A DNA stretch of 64,000 bases, from assembly GCF_006345805.1 (NCBI RefSeq), contig NC_042999.1, forward strand, positions 162,502,001 to 162,566,000, read 5' to 3'. This document shows, one piece after another, positions 37,286 through 51,699 of this stretch. Source of the DNA: Octopus sinensis (taxonomy: Eukaryota). The notes beneath the pieces are model-generated. The model was not told where the DNA came from. It did no database searches and was given only the letters and a program-made list of their open reading frames with translations. The position numbers and the translations under genes are program-made. Positions within the stretch are counted from its first letter, which is position 1. Each line of letters opens with the position of its first letter.

Positions 37286-38825
37286 CTATCCCTGCATCCT
37301 AAGCAAGTGCATACGCTGCATGTACCTTCCCTTGAAGTTGTTCACTGTCATGTCCGTGTAGTGCCATGTGATACCAGTGGATGTTGAAAGGGTGGCTCTG
37401 TAGACTACAGCCCTTGGGATGCAGGATCCTCCTAGAGGACAGCTGGCAGAGTTTTGATAGTTACTGGTTGGTGTTGGAGGTTGTGCAGATGAATATTTGC
37501 ATCTGTTGTAGTGTGCAATGTTATTTAAGTAAGAACAGCTCACCTTGATGTTATGCAGGTTGAAAAGCTTATAGTACATGTGACCCATAGGGAAGTGCTT
37601 CTTAGTCAATGACAAAAAGCTCCAAGCTACACTGGTGGAAACTTCTAGGTTAAATGGGAGGGGCAAATTATCTTTCTCTTTAGGTGTTTGGGTGGACTTT
37701 GTGGCATCCGCCATGTATGCTAACTTCTCAAAAAATACACTTCTTGCCAATGCATCATTGTAGTAGGAGAGGGCTGTTGAAGCTCTCCCTATCAACTGAA
37801 AGTTTACATATTCTGCTAACACCTGAAACTAGGTTTCTAATGACAATGGTGGAGAAATGATTCAAGCTTCTCTGGATGTATACAGTTTCATCATTGAGCT
37901 TCCTGTCTGGACAGGCTGAATTCTTGGAATACTCTTATCAGGTCCTGCCTAAATTTGTCCATGGCGTGGTCATTCATATGGCTTGAGATTGCCTGGCTGT
38001 CATCCATATAAAGAGCCAAGCTGTGAGGGTGTATTCATTTCTTGAAGGTGTCCAAAATAAATAACTTGATGAGATCAGCAATCTCAGCACTGTTGTCGCT
38101 CCCCATAGAAACATCAAACAGTGGATTGCCTTCTTTCTTCACCCAGAAGGAATCGTCATGAACCAAGATTGACTTTCTGGTGTTCATGAGGATTCTGACA
38201 TCAAAATCACTTTTAATAGTGAATTGCCAAATGAAATCCAAGGACTTCGGGAAAAATGGTTTTGATATAGAAAGATAGAAGTCCATAATGTCAAGCTGTG
38301 AATCTGCAGGCTGAATTATTCTCAGTACTGTGGAACCAGTCAATCACAACTGCTCTAGAATCTCATTGTGTCAATCCTATAACCCTTCTAACATCAGAGT
38401 TAATGGTATCCATGGTATCCAGAATGCACTTACTGACACTTTTGAAAGGTTGGTCAGCCTGCATTTGGGATTGGAGAGAAAATTTGGTTGATGACACTTA
38501 AGTGTAATATGGGGTTTCAAAGCTGACTTATGGAACATTATAAAGAAGGTACACTTTCAGCACCATTCTAATCCCTTCCCCAAATCTTTATATGACTACA
38601 TGGCAAAAATTAACCAATTACCTAATGTACTTATCCTTGTAGGCAAAACAAAGAACACTTATAAAACAAGAATCCCAACACACACAAGACTCCTCACAAA
38701 TATGATCGCCAAAACATACAAGAAAACCAGCACCTCCACATACAATGATATAAATTCATAAGTGAAGGAGTTAGCCATCATCCTTCTTAATATAGCGGAT
38801 CATGTAGACTGCCTTGCTATATAGT
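37286..38825 (-). mobile_element. Degenerate Penelope-like element with inverted 5' segment
   Basis: Minus strand from 38510 to 37286: ITLKCHQPNF..NPKCRL, LDIMDFYLSI, FDVSMGS, YYNDAL, CPLGGSC..VVYRA. Plus strand 38511-38825 encodes the preceding RT N-terminus (FKADLWNII...GKTKNTY...KTYKK...INS...DHVDCLA). Confidence 0.82.
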
Positions 38826-39632
38826 ACTGTCAAGGGAACTGGAAATGAATGCATCACGGGAACAAGCCACTTTTATCATTTTTTAATTTATTCAATCTAT
38901 GTATTATCGCAAACAACCAATCTAGTAAGTTACTTCTTTATACTCTCAATTCAAGTATTTTGGAATACATAAGAGTTATGTTTTATATTATTTGAAATCT
39001 ATTATCTATATTATTATACTTAAATATTTAAACTAAAATTCCAAAATTTAAGTTTAAAATATTTCAATTACAATTGTGTAATGTACGGCTAGCAACTGAA
39101 TTAAAAATCTAAAGTATCATAAATTAACCAATTAATATTATATATTTTAGTATGACTAGGTGCTACTTTCCAGTAATAACGGGTAGTATATAAATATAAT
39201 TATTATTATAACATTATCTAAAAAAACATGACTGAGTTTTCATACTTTTAAAGTAAGGTTTAGTTTAAAGACTCTAATCGTAACTCATCTTATTAATTAA
39301 ACAATTTATTCTATGTTTGCATTTAACTTTTCGTTCATCCTGGGTATTGAGCAATATTGTTTTGGCCTTTAAGATTTCCATAAATTCGTGAGTACACAAT
39401 ATACAGAACTTATTCCCTATTCTATATGATTTGGTTTTACATATTATCTCCCATTTTAGTTTGTAGTTAATTTCTTTGGATTTTAGACACCAAATATATT
39501 TACTTAAGTCTGCTGAATTCATTATTTTTTTATTTTTAAAGGAATACAAATGCTGCGCTATCCTTTGTTTAATTTTATTAGTTGTAGAACCAATATAAGT
39601 CATGTATGAATTTTTGCCATTATTTCCATTAC

Positions 39633-39677
<45 letters not shown>

Positions 39678-39837
39678 TATTATCATTACCTTCTCTTTGA
39701 CCATTATTATCTTCGTTTAAAGACACCATATATTTATATACTATGTCCTTTAAGTTACATTTATTATTAAAATTAAAATTATTTTTGTCCCTTCAATTAC
39801 AACTTATTGATTTATTACCATTATTATTGCGATTATT

Positions 39838-42460
39838 CATCATCATCATCATCGTTTAACGTCCACTTTCCATGCTAGCATGGGTTGGACAGTTCAACTG
39901 GGGTCTGGGAAGCCAGAAGGCTGCACCAGTCTCCAGTCTGATCTGGCAGTGTTTCTACAGCTGGATGCCCTTCCTAATGCCAACCACTCCGTGAGTGTAG
40001 TGGGTGCTTTTTACGTGCCACCTGCACAGGTGCCAGACGAGGCTGGCAAACGGCCACAATCGGAGGGTGCTTTTTATGTGCCACCGGCACGGATGCCAGT
40101 CGGGCGCGCTGGCTACGGCCACATTCGGATAGTTCTCTTACGTGCTACCGGCACTGGTATCACAGCTACAAATTCCATTGATGTTGATCGATTATGATTT
40201 TGATTTTCACTTGCCTCAACAGGTCTTCACAAGTAGAGTTTTGTGTCCCAAGAAGGAAAGGAATGCATAAGTGGGCTGGCTACATCCCAGGTAGAGGCCT
40301 CAGGTTATGACCTCACTTGTCCTGCCGGGTCTTCTCACACACAGCATACTTCCAAAGGTCTCAGTCTCTAGTTATTTCCTTGGTGAGACCTAAAGTTCAA
40401 AGGTCGTGCTTCACCACCTCGTCCCAGGTTTTCCTGGGTCTACCTCTTCCACAGGTTCCCTCAACAGCTAGGGTGTGGCACTTTTTCACACAACTATCTT
40501 CATCCATTCTTGCCACATGACCATACCAGCGCAAACGTCTCTCTTACACACCACAACTGATGCTTCTTAGGTCCAACTTTTCTCTCAAGGTACTTATACT
40601 CTGTCGAGTATGAACACTGACATTACACATCTATCAGAACATACTGGCTTCATTTCTTGTGAGCTTACGCATATCCTCAGCAGTCATGACCCATGTTTCA
40701 TTGCCATGTAGCATAGCTGTTCATACACATGCATCATACAATCTGCCTTTTACTCTGAGCGAGAGGCCTTTTGTCTCAAGCAGAGGTAAGAGCTCTCTGA
40801 ACTTTGTCCAAGCTATTCTTACTCTAGCAGTTACACTTTCAGCACACCCGCCCTCCGCTACTGACTTGGTCACCTAGGTAACGGAAGATATCAACTATTT
40901 CTAGTTTTTCTCTCTGGAATGTGGCGGAAGATGGTCTCTGCATATTTTCAGTGTTTGTTGCACCCAAGCATCTGCCACATACAAAAACTATCTTCCTAAT
41001 TAGCCTTCCTTTGACATTGCTGCGCCTCTTATGTGTCCATAGCTTACACTTGGTGCATCTTATAGAGTTTCTACCTACACCTTTTCTACAGATCGAGTAG
41101 GGCCATCTACCTGAAGGCGTTTGTGATTTGTCTGCCTTACTACTTATTAGGACTTTGGTTGTAGCTAGGTTGACCCTAAGGCCCTTCGATTCTAATCCTT
41201 GCTTCCACATCTGAAACCTCTCCTCCAGTTCTGATAGTGACTCAGCAATTAGGGCAAAGTCATCAGCATAGAGGAGCTCCCAGGGGCATCCTGTCTTGAA
41301 TTCCTCCGTTATTGCCTGGAGGACTATGACAAATAGGAGGGGGCTGAGGACTGAACCTTGGTGGACCCCAACCTCTACCCGGAATTCTTCACTGTACTCG
41401 ATGCCAACCCTCACCTTACTAACAGCGTCCCTGTACATGGCTCGTACAGCTCTCACTAACCTTTCATCTATCCCTAGTTTCCTCATTGACCAGATAAGGG
41501 ATCAGCGGACCCTGTCAAAAGCTTTCTCCATGTCAACGAAAGCCAGGTACAGAGGTTTATCTTTGGCTAGATATTTCTCCTGCAGCTGTCTCACCAGAAA
41601 TATGGCATCAGTGGTGCTTTTTCCCTGGCATGAAACCAAACTGCATCTCATCCAAGTTGACTCTCTCCCTAATCAGTTGGGCTATGACCCTCTTTGTAAC
41701 CTTCATTACCTGATCCAACAGCTTGATACCTCTGTAATTATTTGTATCTAGGGTGTCACCTTTACCTTTGTAGCAGTTGACTATTATGCTACTACACCAG
41801 TCATTGGGTATGACTCCTTCGTGTATCACCTGGTTAACTATACGGGTGACTAGGCTATAGCCGACACTGCCAGATATTTTGAGCATCTCTGCAGTAATTC
41901 CTGATGGGCCTGGGGCTTTCCCTGTCTTCATACTTCTAATTGCCTTAACTACCAAGGAACTGTCAACTCGGATAACTGGTCCCTCTGTTGGGTCGACATT
42001 CGGCAGACTCTCTTTATCCCATTCATTTTCTTTATTCAGCAACCTTTCATAGTGGCATCTCCAAACCGCTCTCTTTGCATCATCATTTAGTGCAAGTGAA
42101 CCATCATCCATGTGAACACATTTCTCTCCTACCACATCACAATTCTCCCTCACACACTGTCTTGCAACACGAAATACCTCAAGTCTTTGGTCCTCACGGC
42201 GCAGAACATTGGCAAATTTTTTCTTATCTGCTTCCCCTCTGGCTTCCCTTCTTATCTGCTTCCCCTCCTAGCTTCCCTTCTGGCAGTCTAATACAATTCC
42301 CTGCTACCTCCGCTCTTCCAGTCCCTCCAAGCCTGTTTCTTTTGTCTAATAGCCCTGTCAACCACATTGTTCTACCACCACGTTACCTTGGGTCGAGATG
42401 GGACTTTGCTCCATCTACAGATCTGGTCAGTGGCTGTCAGCAGATTGTCCCGTAGAAACC
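39838..42460 (-). mobile_element. 5'-truncated RTE LINE of the same family, inserted in the AT-rich PLE
   Basis: ORFs 41608-42153 and 40839-41486 (RT, YADD, cysteine finger), 3' UTR, and a (cat)n tail at ~39838-39853. Confidence 0.92.
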
Positions 42461-42697
42461 TCCAGTTTTCTTATTATTATTTATTTTATTAAAATAAAAT
42501 TTATTCAGCCTATATTTATTTAATGCTGATATAATATTACCTACATTGCTAGTAGTTCAGTATCCTGCTCCTATGTTATTTTTAGAAAAAATAATACTAT
42601 ATTTTTTATTTTCGATAGAAAATAATTCTATTATTTTAATAATTTCATTTATAATATTATTTTTTCACATGGGCACCATAAGGGACGATTAACCAGA

Positions 42698-42731
<34 letters not shown>

Positions 42732-43546
42732 TATATTTGTGTTACTAGTTCTCATGTATTTGTTAACATTACTGTCATTATTACCATTATTATTTATAGG
42801 TTGATCTGAGTTAAAGCTACCATTTCGTCTTATATATTTCTTTGTATTTATGTTTTTATTCTTTGAGTTTATTGTAGCTCCCTGTGCTCGATAATATTTC
42901 GATATTTTTCTCTATTAGAGTTATTATCATTATTATTATTATTATTATTAATTTTGTTCTTATTTTTATTTATAAATTTATTTAAGTTTCTATTTTTATC
43001 TATATGGGTGACATTAGGGTCTTTAGCATTATTATCTTTTATATCATTTTTACAATTTATATTATTACTGTAAAATCTAATCCCGTTTTGATATCCAGCC
43101 TTAGTTAATGCATCATTATAATAGGTTGCATGTTTAAGGAAGCTATCATAATTCGATGAAAGTATTGAAATATGTTTTCCTATATTAGCTATTAGTGTTT
43201 TCTTAATGGAAGTGGGGTGATTACTGTCTGCATTAATATATTTCAAATTTTCATTCATTTTGTCGGTTGTGTTATCTCTGTTAAAATATTAAAATTCACA
43301 TCTAGAAAGTTAACATTATAATTTTCTTTATATATCATAGTATCTAATCCGTATCTTTTACAGAAGCTTTGTACAGTTTTTAGTGATTAATAATAAATCA
43401 TCTCGAAATAAACCTCCTTCTAAATTTAATTTTTCTACTTATAATTCAGATAGTAGAAAGATCCCTACCAAATCCGTCACCTGTGCTGACATTAGTACAT
43501 CGAAGTACTCTTTAGTATCTTTCCTGGACTATAATTTATTGTTGTA

Positions 43547-44400
43547 TCAAATCAAATCAAATCAAAACAAATCAAAATAGATGAACATCAATGGAATTTG
43601 TATCTTTGTGGTACCAGTGCCGGTGGCACACAAGAAAAATATCCGAACATGGCCGTAGCCAGTACCGCATCGACTGGCCTCCGTGCTGTGGGCAAGTAAC
43701 AAACACCATCCGATCGTGGCCGTTTCGCCAGCCTCATCTGGCACCTGTGTCAGTGGCACATAAAAACACCATCCGAAGACCCGGCAAGACTAGTCAGGCC
43801 ATAACCCGTGGCCCCTACCTGGGACGTAGTCAGTCCACCTGTGCATACCTTCCTTCTTGTGACACTTGTGAAGACCTGTTGAGGCAAGTGAAAATCAATC
43901 AAAACAAATCAAAATAGATGAACATCAATGGAATTTGTATCTTTGTGGTACCAGTGCCGGTGGCACACAAGAAAACCATCCGAACGTGGCCGTAGCCAGT
44001 ACCACATCGACTGGCCTTCGTGCTGCGGTCACGTAACAAACACCATCCGATCGTGGCCGTTCGCCAGCCTCATCTGGCACCTGTGTCGGTGGCACATAAA
44101 AACACCATCCAAGCGTGGCCGTCTGCCAGCCTCGTCTGGCACCTGTGTCGGTGGCACATAAAAAACACCATCCGAGCGTGGCCGTTCGCCAGCCTCGTCT
44201 GGCACCTGTGTCGGTGGCACATAAAATCACCCACTACACTCTCGGAGTGGTTGGTGTTAGGAAGGGCATCCAGCTGTAGAAACACTGCCAGATCTGACTG
44301 GCCTGGTGCAGCCTTCGGGCTCCCTAGACCCCAGTTGAACCGTCCAACCCATGCTAGCATGGAAAACGGACGCTAAATGAATGATGATGATGATGATGAT
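43547..44400 (+). mobile_element. RTE 3' UTR fragment with an internal ~357-bp tandem duplication and repeated modules
   Basis: caaaacaaatcaaaatagatgaacatc occurs twice (~43563 and ~43900); ends in the family 3' end with (gat)n; splits the PLE frame ARKSLIK|YNNKL. Confidence 0.88.
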
Positions 44401-45063
44401 TTTATTAGTGATTTTCTAGCTGCTTGAACTACCTTAATTTCATCCATAGTCATCCATACTTTATTCCTAGCATACATTAATGCCTTATTAAGTACTATCT
44501 CGTTTATCGATGCATAGTAGTTATCAATATCTATTTGTATAAATTTATATTTATTTTTATTTTTAATATTTTAAAACCACTCTAGCGAGTATATTGTACT
44601 ACCCCATAATTTTAAATGATCTAGTTTATTCAGTTTATTTATATATTTGTCTAATATTATTTTACTTAGTTTCCCTTGGTCCAACTTACATGGGCATATA
44701 AGTCTGACTTTAGGGTCTGCATAGAAATTATCTTTATGGTCTTTTAATGTAATTGTTGGGTGTAAAGGCACATAGGGTTCTGTTTTATTATCTAATTCAT
44801 ATTTCGTCATTATTTCTTTATATATTTTATTTATTTTATCTAGAGTGTTATTTGGAACTATTTTGTATTTTTTATTAATTTCTTTTTCTAACAAACTATC
44901 ATATGTTTCTATGTTTAATTTATATAGATTCCCAGTTTTATCTGATTGTACAAAAATTCTTTCGGTATTTTGAGTTCTTTTATTTTAATTGCTAGGTTTC
45001 TAAGATATTTATTATGTCTATTAGGGTATTTATAAAATTCTATGTTTTTTACTACTTTCCAAA

Positions 45064-45165
45064 TATTATCTTCTAAAGTTTGTAGTTCCTGGATTTATAT
45101 TATCTTCTAAAGTTTGTAGTTCCTGGATTTATATTATCTTCTAAAGTTTGTAGTTCCTGGATTTA
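45064..45165. repeat. 34-bp direct repeat x3 inside the PLE 5' coding region
   Basis: tattatcttctaaagtttgtagttcctggattta at 45064, 45098 and 45132. Confidence 0.9.
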
Positions 45166-45339
45166 TATTTAGTGCTAAAGTAATTATTGCTCTCTGTATT
45201 ATTTGTATACGCAGTGTTAATATTATGATAGTACGCTTTCCATTTCAACCTATTTATAAAATTCTTTATATTATTTATCAATTTAATCCTAAATTCTTTT
45301 CAGATGGTATTGGTATGTCCTTCAGTGATGATTTCCATT

Positions 45340-45394
<55 letters not shown>

Positions 45395-46496
45395 GATATA
45401 TACTATTAAAAGTGAAGTTCAATTTTGCTTGCTTGCTTGCAATGTTACACAGCCAAACTGGCACATAATGAGAAAATACTTTGAACGTAAAGTGCCCCTG
45501 AAATGTGAAGACAAACAGAATAAAACACATTTCATGTAAATCAGACTAGTAGTTACTTAAATATTAGGGGTTCTGGGGTATAAATACCCAAAATGGTGCA
45601 TAATGGGAAAATATTCTGAAAATAACATCACCCTGAAAGGAAAGAAACTCTAACCTTTCCATTAGATACATTATGATAGGCAAAATATTTTAAAGTGAAA
45701 ATGACTTTAAAAATATGGTAAATATTTCGTAAAAGACCCGTTTGTAACCTCGGTGTGAAATAGTTTTTTCCACAGGTTTCTTTCAAGTGTATTCAACATA
45801 TCTCACCTCCAAAGATTTGGCTGCTATTTCTAGCACGCCCTGCCACCATGTAACAGCTATTTGCAATAAAGGACCGGAAAAACCTGTTACGTGGTTGCAG
45901 GGCGTACTAGAAATAGCAAACAAATCTTTCCTTTTCTGGGAAAAGGAGCCATTTATGCATGATTTCGATGTCACATTCAGTGAAAGCATGCAAAAAAACA
46001 TAGAAAAGGAAAAAAAAAACCATGAAACATAACTCGGTTGTTGGAAAACTCAGACTTACCCAGTGACCCAACGGGTCATGCGTAGTCCAGTATATATTTA
46101 TATATCATCATCATTGTTTAATGTCCGCTTTCCATGTTAGCATGGGTTATATATATTGCCAACCAAGTGTGATGTCCCATACAGGACTGCTACAGACGTT
46201 TATAGCCCCATGAAGACATCTCTTCCAGCTGACTATCAACACACATTCTGTGTCCCATTAGTATTTGTGAGGGGAGGTCATCACTCCTATCTCTATCTAG
46301 CCTTACTGAGCTGATCTCAGTAAGGAGAAATAAGCTATATTAAATCTCTACTTACATCTCGCTTAGAGATTCCCAGGGGAATTGCAGCTGCTTTTGGGAC
46401 AGAGAAAAGGGAAACAACAAAACATTCCTGAAACTGTATGAATATATCTATGTATGTATCTATGAGTGTATGTGTTTGTGTAAGTATAAATGTATA

Positions 46497-46881
46497 TCTT
46501 TATATATAAAAGAGAGGTTGTGTGTCTGTCTCCTAGGATTTAGATTCCTAACTACTCCCACATTTTGCAGTGCAGTTTATCTTATAGTCGTGATTCATAT
46601 CGAGCCCTTCTGGGTATTAGCGCGCATCTATGATGAGTCTACGATTTAAAATAAAATTTACCATAATTTTTTTCCATTTTAGTGCATTTTTTTCGCTATT
46701 ATATAAGGGAAGTAACTCTCTAAAAATGTCTACGATGAGTCAACGATTTAAAAAAAAATTTACCATCATTTTTTTTCCATTTTTAATGCATTTTTTTGCT
46801 ATTTTTTGGCTATAACTCTCTAAAAATGCTTATATAGTTATTTCCCTTACAAACCCGAGCAACGCCGGGCGATACTGCTAG
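46497..46881 (+). mobile_element. Non-autonomous Helitron, copy 5
   Basis: a|TC...cccgagcaacgccggg...CTAG|t. Confidence 0.92.
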
Positions 46882-47794
46882 TAAAGATTAAAATGCTATT
46901 GACCAAACTAAGCCAAATTCTTTCTTTCAATGCATGACTGAGCTTGACCTTGGCTTGATCAATAGCAGTTAAAGGCACATACACACACACCACACACACA
47001 CACACACACACATTTCTACTTCTAAACCTCTAAAAGTCCTCTATTTCAGTGAGGACTTGAAAACTCTTCTTATTTTATGAAGCAAGTAAATAAAGAAAAC
47101 TTTTGAATTTAATTTTAATTATAAAATTACATCTCTCAACAGCTAAAATGCTTTAGAATTATTCTTTTCTACTCTAGGCACAAGGCTTGAAATTTTGGGG
47201 GAGGGGTCGAGTCAGTTAGATCGACCCCAGTACACAACTGGTACTTAATTTACTGACCCCAGAACATAAAGACAGACGAAATACCGCTAAGCATTTCGCC
47301 CAGCATGCTAACGTTTCTGCCAGCTTTAGAATAATTGCATATATATTCAAATGTTTCATTAAATTGATCCTTTTTTTTCTTTTTTCTTTTTTCATATATT
47401 TTACGTCATTCTGTCAAACATTTGGAATTACTATATGGAAGTGGGGCAAAATTGGTAACTGTGTCAAAATGAATAATTTCTGATTTCTTGTTATTTTCTC
47501 TCAATTTGTACCATTGCATTATCTTTGGGAGTAAAATTTGGTCAGTATAGTTTATATAGTTGTTGTTGAAGTATAGAATTGCATTTCCACTTGACTCCTA
47601 ACCATTTGGTTGTTTTCCTTTTCTTTTCTCAACCATTTTTCGTCTTTCGTTTTTCCTCAAATTTGAGATGATTGTAATTGAGGTGGCTAACAAAATATCT
47701 GGATAATTTCTGGCGGAGGAGCTATAAAGAGTATTTTCTGTTGAGTTTTTAGATTTAGTCTGAGTTGCATTAATTTCATATTATTACTCTCTCT

Positions 47795-48207
47795 CTCTCT
47801 TTTACTCTTTTACTTGTTTCAGTCATTTGACTGTGGCCATGCTGGAGCACCGCCTTTAGTCGAGCAAATCAACCCCGGGACTTATTCTTTTTAAGCCCAG
47901 TACTTATTCTATCGGTCTCTTTTGCCGAACCGCTAAGTTACGGGGACGTAAATACACCAGCATCGGTTGTCAAGCAATGCTAGGGGGACAAACACAGACA
48001 CACAAACATATACACACACACTTATATATATATATACATATATACGACAGGCTTCTTTCAGTTTCCGTCTACCAAATCCACTCACAAGGCATTGGTCAGC
48101 CCGGGGCTATAGCAGAAGACACTTGCCCAAGATGCCACGCAGTGGGACTGAACCCAGAACCATGTGGTTGGTTAGCAAGCTACTTACCACACAGCCACTC
48201 CTGCACC
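47795..48207 (-). mobile_element. Full tRNA-derived SINE
   Basis: Reverse complement of the 6920 family. Confidence 0.85.
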
Positions 48208-48698
48208 TATATGTGCTATTTTTCTATAATCTTCTTTCATTTAACCAAGATATTTTAAATTTTGTTGCATTTCTGATGTCTAAGGATGGTTGTTTATGTG
48301 TATGACTCTTTTTACAAATTTTATTTTGGAGAAATGGAAGGGCACATTTAGCTTGTCTTATCTTACCCATATTGCCCTGCCCAAATTTGTCTTTTATATA
48401 CTCAAAGAGAACAGTGATAATTTTCTAAAAGCATTCTGAATATATTGTAGGTTTTACTGCATTCAGAGAAGATCTTTGCTTTGCTTCTATAGTTTTGGCA
48501 ATGTAGGAACATTTGTAAAAAATATATATACTTCAAAATCAAAAATGCAGTATATATTACTCATTGTGCCCCACCTTTCCCTACTGGATACTGGAGAAAC
48601 TGACTTTCAGAAATAGCTGTTTGAATTTCCTGTTTTTATCTCTACCTCCCCACTCTCTCTCTCTCTCTCTCTTTCATACACACACGCACCCACACACA

Positions 48699-48730
<32 letters not shown>

Positions 48731-48742
48731 CACACGCACACA

Positions 48743-48793
<51 letters not shown>

Positions 48794-51494
48794 ATCAGGC
48801 CTTCGGAACAGCAAGAACCAAAAAAGGGATTTTTTTCCTTTTTCGTAATTTTCTGTCATTTTATCTTATTCTGCATTCTGAAACATTTATAACTCACATT
48901 GAAAGAAAAAAAACTCTTACCTGACTCTTCTCTCCTTCATTGTACTTTTCACAATGAAGGAAAAGTCAAACACCACAAGTGAATGTGTGGAAAACGAAAT
49001 TTGAATTTTAAGAAGTGTATCTATAAAGCAACATTTTCAGTCATTTATTTAAACTTTCTCTGCTAACTCATCAAATTCAATTATATGAAATAAACGGGGC
49101 TTGAGATTTAAATTTGGTAATTTTCTAAGATTTTAATTCTTGTGTATAAACCTGAAGTGCCCTGGGTTCCCCATGGTTTAAATCCAGTCTTGGGCTGGGT
49201 ATTCTATGTTACAACAATGAGTGTTCCATTTGATTTGATCAATAGAACATCCTGCAAGTTAAACTGATGTGCATGTAGCTGAGCACTCCACTAACACATG
49301 CACCCTTCAAGGAGATTCAACATGACATATCAAATATAACAAGGCTGGCTCATTAAACTACAGATACAATTCATTTTCGCCATCTGAGTGGACTGAACAA
49401 CATGAAATAAAGCAACTTGCTCAAGGTCACAACACACCACTGGGAATTGAACTCATGACCTTACGATTGTGAGCCAAATACCCTAACCACTAAGCCACAT
49501 ACACACACAAACACACACATATATACATTCACGTACACATACTAGTACAACTAGAGGAAACATGGAATTCATTGAGTAACGAAATAGACACTGTGTGACA
49601 TGCTAGTAGTTATAGATAGGTATAGCCTGGGGCATAAGGTGTTGGTTGTAATTATTGTTGATTAGCTTCAGGTTGGTCTTGATCATGCAGGTTTATGATC
49701 AAAGATATTCCAGTTATGACCTCTTTCTTCAAATACACTATAAGTAGGGCTACATAATCCAATGTATCCTTGTTAGGCAGAAGGGTGGGATTTAAGGGAA
49801 ATTTGGTTGATATTTCTAGCATGTTGAATAACTATGTACAAGTTCCTTTGTTAATACAGTTGCTATTATTGATGCAGTTTTATTGATGTTGTTGATATGT
49901 TTGCATCGTTGTTGCTATTGTTGATATTATGATGATAATGTTTTGTTGCTTGTGTTGTTGAGTAGCCCCAAATCAACTCAGATCAAGCAGCCCCATGTTA
50001 TTCAAAGAGCCATTTAAACAATGAGGCATGACTTGCAGATCCATGTCCTCAGATTTGCCATGTCTTCATTTAGACGAGGGCCATGCAGTATAGCCCTCAT
50101 CTATATGGAGTGCAGTTTGACAATCTGGACGTTTTGCACTCACTCCACTGTCCAGTCTAGTTCTGTGTGTCCATAGATTTTGTCGGTGGATCCAGCAAGT
50201 AGGCAAGGTGGACTCAATCAGACTGTAATAGTTGCTGTTCCTCTGCATTTGTTGTTGGGAGTATTCAACCAAAGCTCAATGTTTGTGTTTCGTGAAACTA
50301 TTGATATTGCAGCTATTTCCCTATGTTTGTGTTCCTTGTTTTTGTTCATGTTGAGTGGGAGAGATAGATGTAGTAGTGCTTTGAGTTGTTGTATGTGTGT
50401 TTGGCAGTGTTGCCAACTTAAAATCACAATTTTATGCTAAATTTCAGTAGAAAAAATACCAAAAAATGCTAAAAGATTCTAAACAAGAAAAAAAAATGCT
50501 AAAGATTAATATCAAAAAGCTTAATTTTTATTTACTTTCCTTAATTATATTCAGCATTGAGAAATAATCTCTTGAATTTCACTGATTTGATCACTTTCAG
50601 CTGCAGTGCCTAAGTTTTGACTTCTTTATACATTCAAGGTCCCAATCTTGTTAATTATGTTTTGGAATAGCAAAGTTTTTGAAACATTTGCCATATCTTT
50701 TCAGGCCATATTTTATAGACAGTATTGATCTAAGCATAGGAAGATGCATTTTATTTTTCAATTTTGATTTGACTATACCCATACTACTGAAAAACCATTC
50801 AAATTCTGCATTTGAGTTTGGCAATGTCAATAGATTAATGGCAAAATTTGCAACATCTCTAAATAGGATTTCCTCCAGTAGCATCTTTAAATTCCAAGAC
50901 TTCCAGCCAGAATGCCTCAGTATTAGACATATTTGTCCATTTAACTAAATGAATGCTATTAAACTGAATTTCAATTGAAGCAATTTTTTCTTCATTTAAA
51001 TGCATTTCTTCTAAGACAGGTAAAATTGGCTCTTTGAAATGCTGCAAAATATTCTCTACTAAAAAACATTTTACATTCCTCAGTATATTAATATTTTCTG
51101 GCAAGCAGTACTTGAGCTCTTTATAAAGGAGAGTAAAAATTGTTGTGCTCTTTCATGAATATTATTTTCTTCGGTGGCTGTTACAGTCTTCTTGATAATC
51201 ATTTCTGCTATCTTTCTCTCGAACCTGTAGCCTAAATTTGGTTTAGGATCCAGAAAATTTTCAATAGAAGCATCCAGATCAATTCTACATGTTGGCAACA
51301 CTATCATATTAACAACAGATTTGATCAAATTTGAAAGATCTTCAAGTAATTTTGTTTTGTCGACAGTGTTTGATTCAAACAGTTTATTCACTTCCTGAAC
51401 ATGTTTTAAAATTGGATGCAAAAATAAAAGGTAAAGTTCATTCGTAGAATCACAAAACAATTGATGTAATGTTTGTGCTGTAAAGCCACACTCA

Positions 51495-51670
51495 AGTGGT
51501 GTTTTTATGTGCCACCTGCACAGGAGCCAGTCCAGCGGCACTGGCAACGACCTTGCTCGAATGTTTTTCACGTGCCAGTAAGGTGACACTGGTAACAATC
51601 ATGTTTAAATGGTGCTTTTTACATGCCACCGGCATGAAAGCCAGTCAGCTGCTATGGCAGCTAAAAAAAT
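51495..51670 (+). mobile_element. RTE 3' UTR module fragment
   Basis: ggtgtttttatgtgccacc / ggtgctttttacatgccaccggca modules of the RTE 3' UTR. Confidence 0.6.
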
Positions 51671-51699
51671 GTCTGATGTAACCTCTGAGAAAGGAAGTT

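Larger units (their letters stand above)
39274..45300 (-). mobile_element. Near full-length, very AT-rich Penelope-like element split by two RTE insertions
   Basis: ITLKDHKDNF..PKVRLICPCK (44571-44894), GGLFRDD (~43400), YINADSNHP..YYNDAL (42869-43258), KIWLIVPY (~42680) and GIY-YIG YIGSTTNKIKQRIAQH...CILC (39274-39729); Asn-rich linkers. Confidence 0.85.

Noticed and set aside
45064-45165. CRISPR-like 34-bp repeats
   Set aside because: Three directly adjacent copies without spacers inside a PLE ORF; a simple slippage duplication.
48679-48790. Alternating purine-pyrimidine tract (cacg)n(ca)n as a functional Z-DNA element
   Set aside because: An ordinary compound microsatellite, with no evidence of a nearby promoter.
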